DNA of 63,665 nt, counting the filler, from Hausera hauseri (Eukaryota), in assembly GCA_046269625.1 (NCBI GenBank). It is 10 parts of 10 records of this genome, joined end to end, with 100 filler letters (N's around TTAATTAATTAA, not from the genome) between each part and the next. Parts side by side here need not be neighbours in the genome. Positions count along the whole stretch, not along the records: positions 59,653 to 63,665 come from JBJURY010820752.1; 9 more parts are not named here. One strand, given 5' to 3'. The translations under genes and the position numbers were made by a program. A model generated the notes under the pieces. That model did not search any database. It worked only from the letters and a program-made list of their open reading frames with translations, and was not told the DNA's origin. Each line of letters begins with the position of its first letter. Position 1 is the stretch's first letter. Of this stretch, positions 60,937-63,665 are shown in pieces.

Positions 60937-61522
60937 AACAAAATAGTTTTGAAATTTTCTCAAATGTGTCAAACAAAACCTAAACTGTTAACGTGTTTCT
61001 TGTGTAATAAATGTTATCTTAATCAGAAATGTTTCATGTAATATTCTAGACACTGTACTCGTTACTTTTTAATTCAATAAATATCTAATTATGAGTACAA
61101 AACGTAAAAAAATTTCACCATTTTCCGTTAATATGATTCAACTTTATAATTTACAACAATCGAACAAATATATCATTTATAAATTAGACTACAACTAAGC
61201 TTGACCTAAATTGATTGACCCATAATTTTCTCATTGATAAATTTATTAAACTATTTTTTGAGGACTAGTTTTATTTTGTTATCAATTTAGTCAAAGTCAT
61301 TTTTTTAATAATTAAATATTTTTTAACATTTATAATCAAAATATAAATGACCAGGAATAAAGTACTCTGACGAAGATCTTAATAAGATCGAAATATCAGG
61401 TTCAAAAATTCGCAACATTGACCTCAAAAAGACATCATTTTACCATGAATAATTATTTAATAAATAAAAGTAATTAAATTATAAATGACCTTTACTTTTA
61501 ATACTTTTATTTTGAATTTAAC

Positions 61523-62105
61523 ATACTGCGTCAAAAAAGTCGTGAACACCATCAAAAGAATTTAATTGTTTTCACATAAACATGTATTTAGTCACATATC
61601 CACGAAAAATGAACACATATCAGGTTGGTTATTGATAAATTGCACAGATTTAAATTGTTACTATTTTGTAACACGCTTATGCAAGTTTCGTGGAAAGAGG
61701 AGTTACTAATTATATTAAGTTGGCAGTTGTATTTTTAGTTAAGGATGCTTGGTAGTGATGTTATTGATTTAAGAATGCATCAAGTGATAATGCAGAGGGT
61801 AAGAAGTGTTAATAGTTTTCGACAGATTAGTAATAACTTAAATATTTCAATTGGTGTGATATCGAAAATAGTAAAATTGTTTAAGGAAACTGGTAAAATA
61901 ACAAATTCATATGAAAATGGTGATAGACGTTGCATTCTTTCAGCAAGGATGATGAGATTCAGCCGCTTCGATAATGAGATTGGTTAGGAAAGAATTTGGG
62001 ATTTCTGTGACAAAACGAACAATTTGTAATTTCATGCATAAAATGGGTATAAGGTCAAATTTCCCACGACCCAAACCGTTACTTTCAACCAGACACAAGG
62101 AAATA
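61523..62105 (+). mobile_element. Tc1-like element remnant (TIR plus N-terminal transposase)
   Basis: TIR-like atactgcgtcaaaaaagtcgtgaacacc; SFRQIS...ISKIVKLFKETG; SVTKRTI...RPKPLL. Confidence 0.7.
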
Positions 62106-62411
62106 GTGAATTCATAAATTCATTAGCATCGACTTAATCTGGATATTGAACTGATCAGCATAATTATCTTATCTTTTTGAATGTACTTGGAAGTTATGAT
62201 TAATTTTTTTCTTTGCTTAATTAGTATATATATACTAGTTTTATTTTAATTACAACATAATTCTGTACCAACCAATTTTTATGACCTATGACACTCGGTA
62301 CAGTGGATTCGTGTAATAACCTTTTTCCTTCGTATGATTAATTTTGCGGTTTTCTATTAATAATACCTTTAATACATTTAATTCACTCAATTCTCTTTTA
62401 TTTATTCCGAC

Positions 62412-62694
62412 TGTTGTGTGGCTGCCATGTGGTGATTACTCTAATATCAACCAAGTGATTTAATTAAAGAGATATAAAATACATACTCACTTTTGTATTA
62501 CGGTGTTAATATACCGTTTGTTCTAAAGTTATTCAAAGAAGCGAAACAGTTGACTAGTGTGCCTCCTGGTGTCGAACTCGTACATTAAGATCGAGTAAGT
62601 CACAGCAACCCACAAGTTGCCGTATAATTAAATAAAGATTCGAAAGACTCAATTCTTTTAACCGTAAAACTTAACACTGGTGCCCTGAGTGAGG
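62412..62694 (+). mobile_element. LTR fragment with elongator tRNA-Met-like PBS (62678-62694)
   Basis: TG...TATAAAA...AATAAA...TTAACA, then TGGTGCCCTGAGTGAGG, close to the complement of the tRNA-Met(e) 3' end. Start uncertain (62412 or 62504). Confidence 0.5.
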
Positions 62695-63665
62695 AGGCAC
62701 GCTGACGTCGTCGACTTGCGCATTATGGGGCTTTGTTACTAAGGAAATTCAAATCCACTATCAGCAGCAAGGACGAGGTAAACGAATTGACAGATATAAC
62801 ACTTTAGTATTACATGTTGAATAAGACCAGTGAAACTAATTTGATATATATTGCACAATACTAATGAAATTCACAGGCTATAATGCAACCTTAGTTCCGT
62901 ATTTTAAATATCCAGATGATCTTCAAGTTGAACTCTTAAAAGGACACTGTCTCATTCCAGCACTGAGTCTACTTTTCTTATTTTATTTTTTAATAAATAA
63001 ATATCTTTATATTTTATTTATCAAAGGTGTTCAAATTGTGCCGAATAACGTTTTCAACTAACAGTTACAATTCCTACAATAGCTTTGTTTAATGAAACAT
63101 CTCAGAAAGTTTTACTTTAATTTTGATATGATAACATTGAATGTTACATGTCAAATTTCTAATTTCGCCTTCAACATTACTTGACGCACATTTGTACCAA
63201 ATGCATTAAATCAAATAAAATCAACTAAATAGAACACAAAATAGCCGAATCAAATGAAATATAAGAAATAAGACAAAATTGTTTTCCATTGGTAAATAAC
63301 GACGTATTTTGTACATTTGGTGTGCTGATAAAATTTAAATTAATGATAGATCTGCAGTTCCCAATGTTAGTTTAATGGAAAACCATTTATCTAAATGGAT
63401 AAATATGAATAAAGACTGCTTGCTGTAACTTGTTATTATCAAACTGTAGAGGTCCAGAAGTGTGTTGAGGCAACACCTCAAACACACTGCTTCATTGGGT
63501 AACGCCATGGAAAAATCTCAAATTGGCAGAGATATCGAGAATTTGGACTTCTTCCACAAGTTTTTGTCATCCTTGGGGACTATTTCCAGATGCCTAAAGC
63601 TGCCATGTTAATCAATCACAGGCAAGTATAAAAGAAGTAAAATGCATCTAAGTGGTCTGAAATTC

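Noticed and set aside
62540-62740. Hammerhead ribozyme or RNase MRP/P RNA (gtgcctcct/aggaggcac pairing, ctgagtga, atggggct)
   Set aside because: No correctly arranged CUGANGA/GAAA core and no GAAAGUCCCC partner. LTR end plus PBS explains the region better.

Overview
AT-rich eukaryotic, animal-like DNA with very short (41-57 nt) GT-AG introns. It is built from ten pieces joined by artificial N-TTAATTAATTAA-N linkers, so adjacency across linkers is not biological evidence. The main feature is a near-intact minus-strand Ty3/Gypsy-type LTR retroelement (about 12680 down to at least 118) with an unusual layout. From its 5' end: 5' LTR; tRNA-Arg-like PBS; Gag with 3 CCHC knuckles, a SUMO/ubiquitin-like domain and an AT-hook; a chuvirus/gB-like fusion glycoprotein lying between gag and pol; Pol (PR-RT-RH-IN) fused in frame to a second signal-peptide/TM membrane protein; and a fourth ORF with a degenerate DnaQ/DEDDh exonuclease-like fold. 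The four ORFs are linked by two -1 overlaps at A-runs and one in-frame UGA-CGG stop followed by a stem-loop. They may therefore be translated as one recoded, membrane-threaded polyprotein. A decayed, divergent relative with the same UBL/AT-hook/leader/glycoprotein module lies at 34.6-36.9 kb. The rest holds host genes (PRP38, the 5' exons of DMAP1, a UAS-UBX protein, a coiled-coil protein), pseudogene fragments (primase large subunit, possibly OPA1), a CxxH-type DDE transposase, Tc1/mariner and gypsy remnants, and repeats. All domain calls come from reading motifs by eye; no database search was run.
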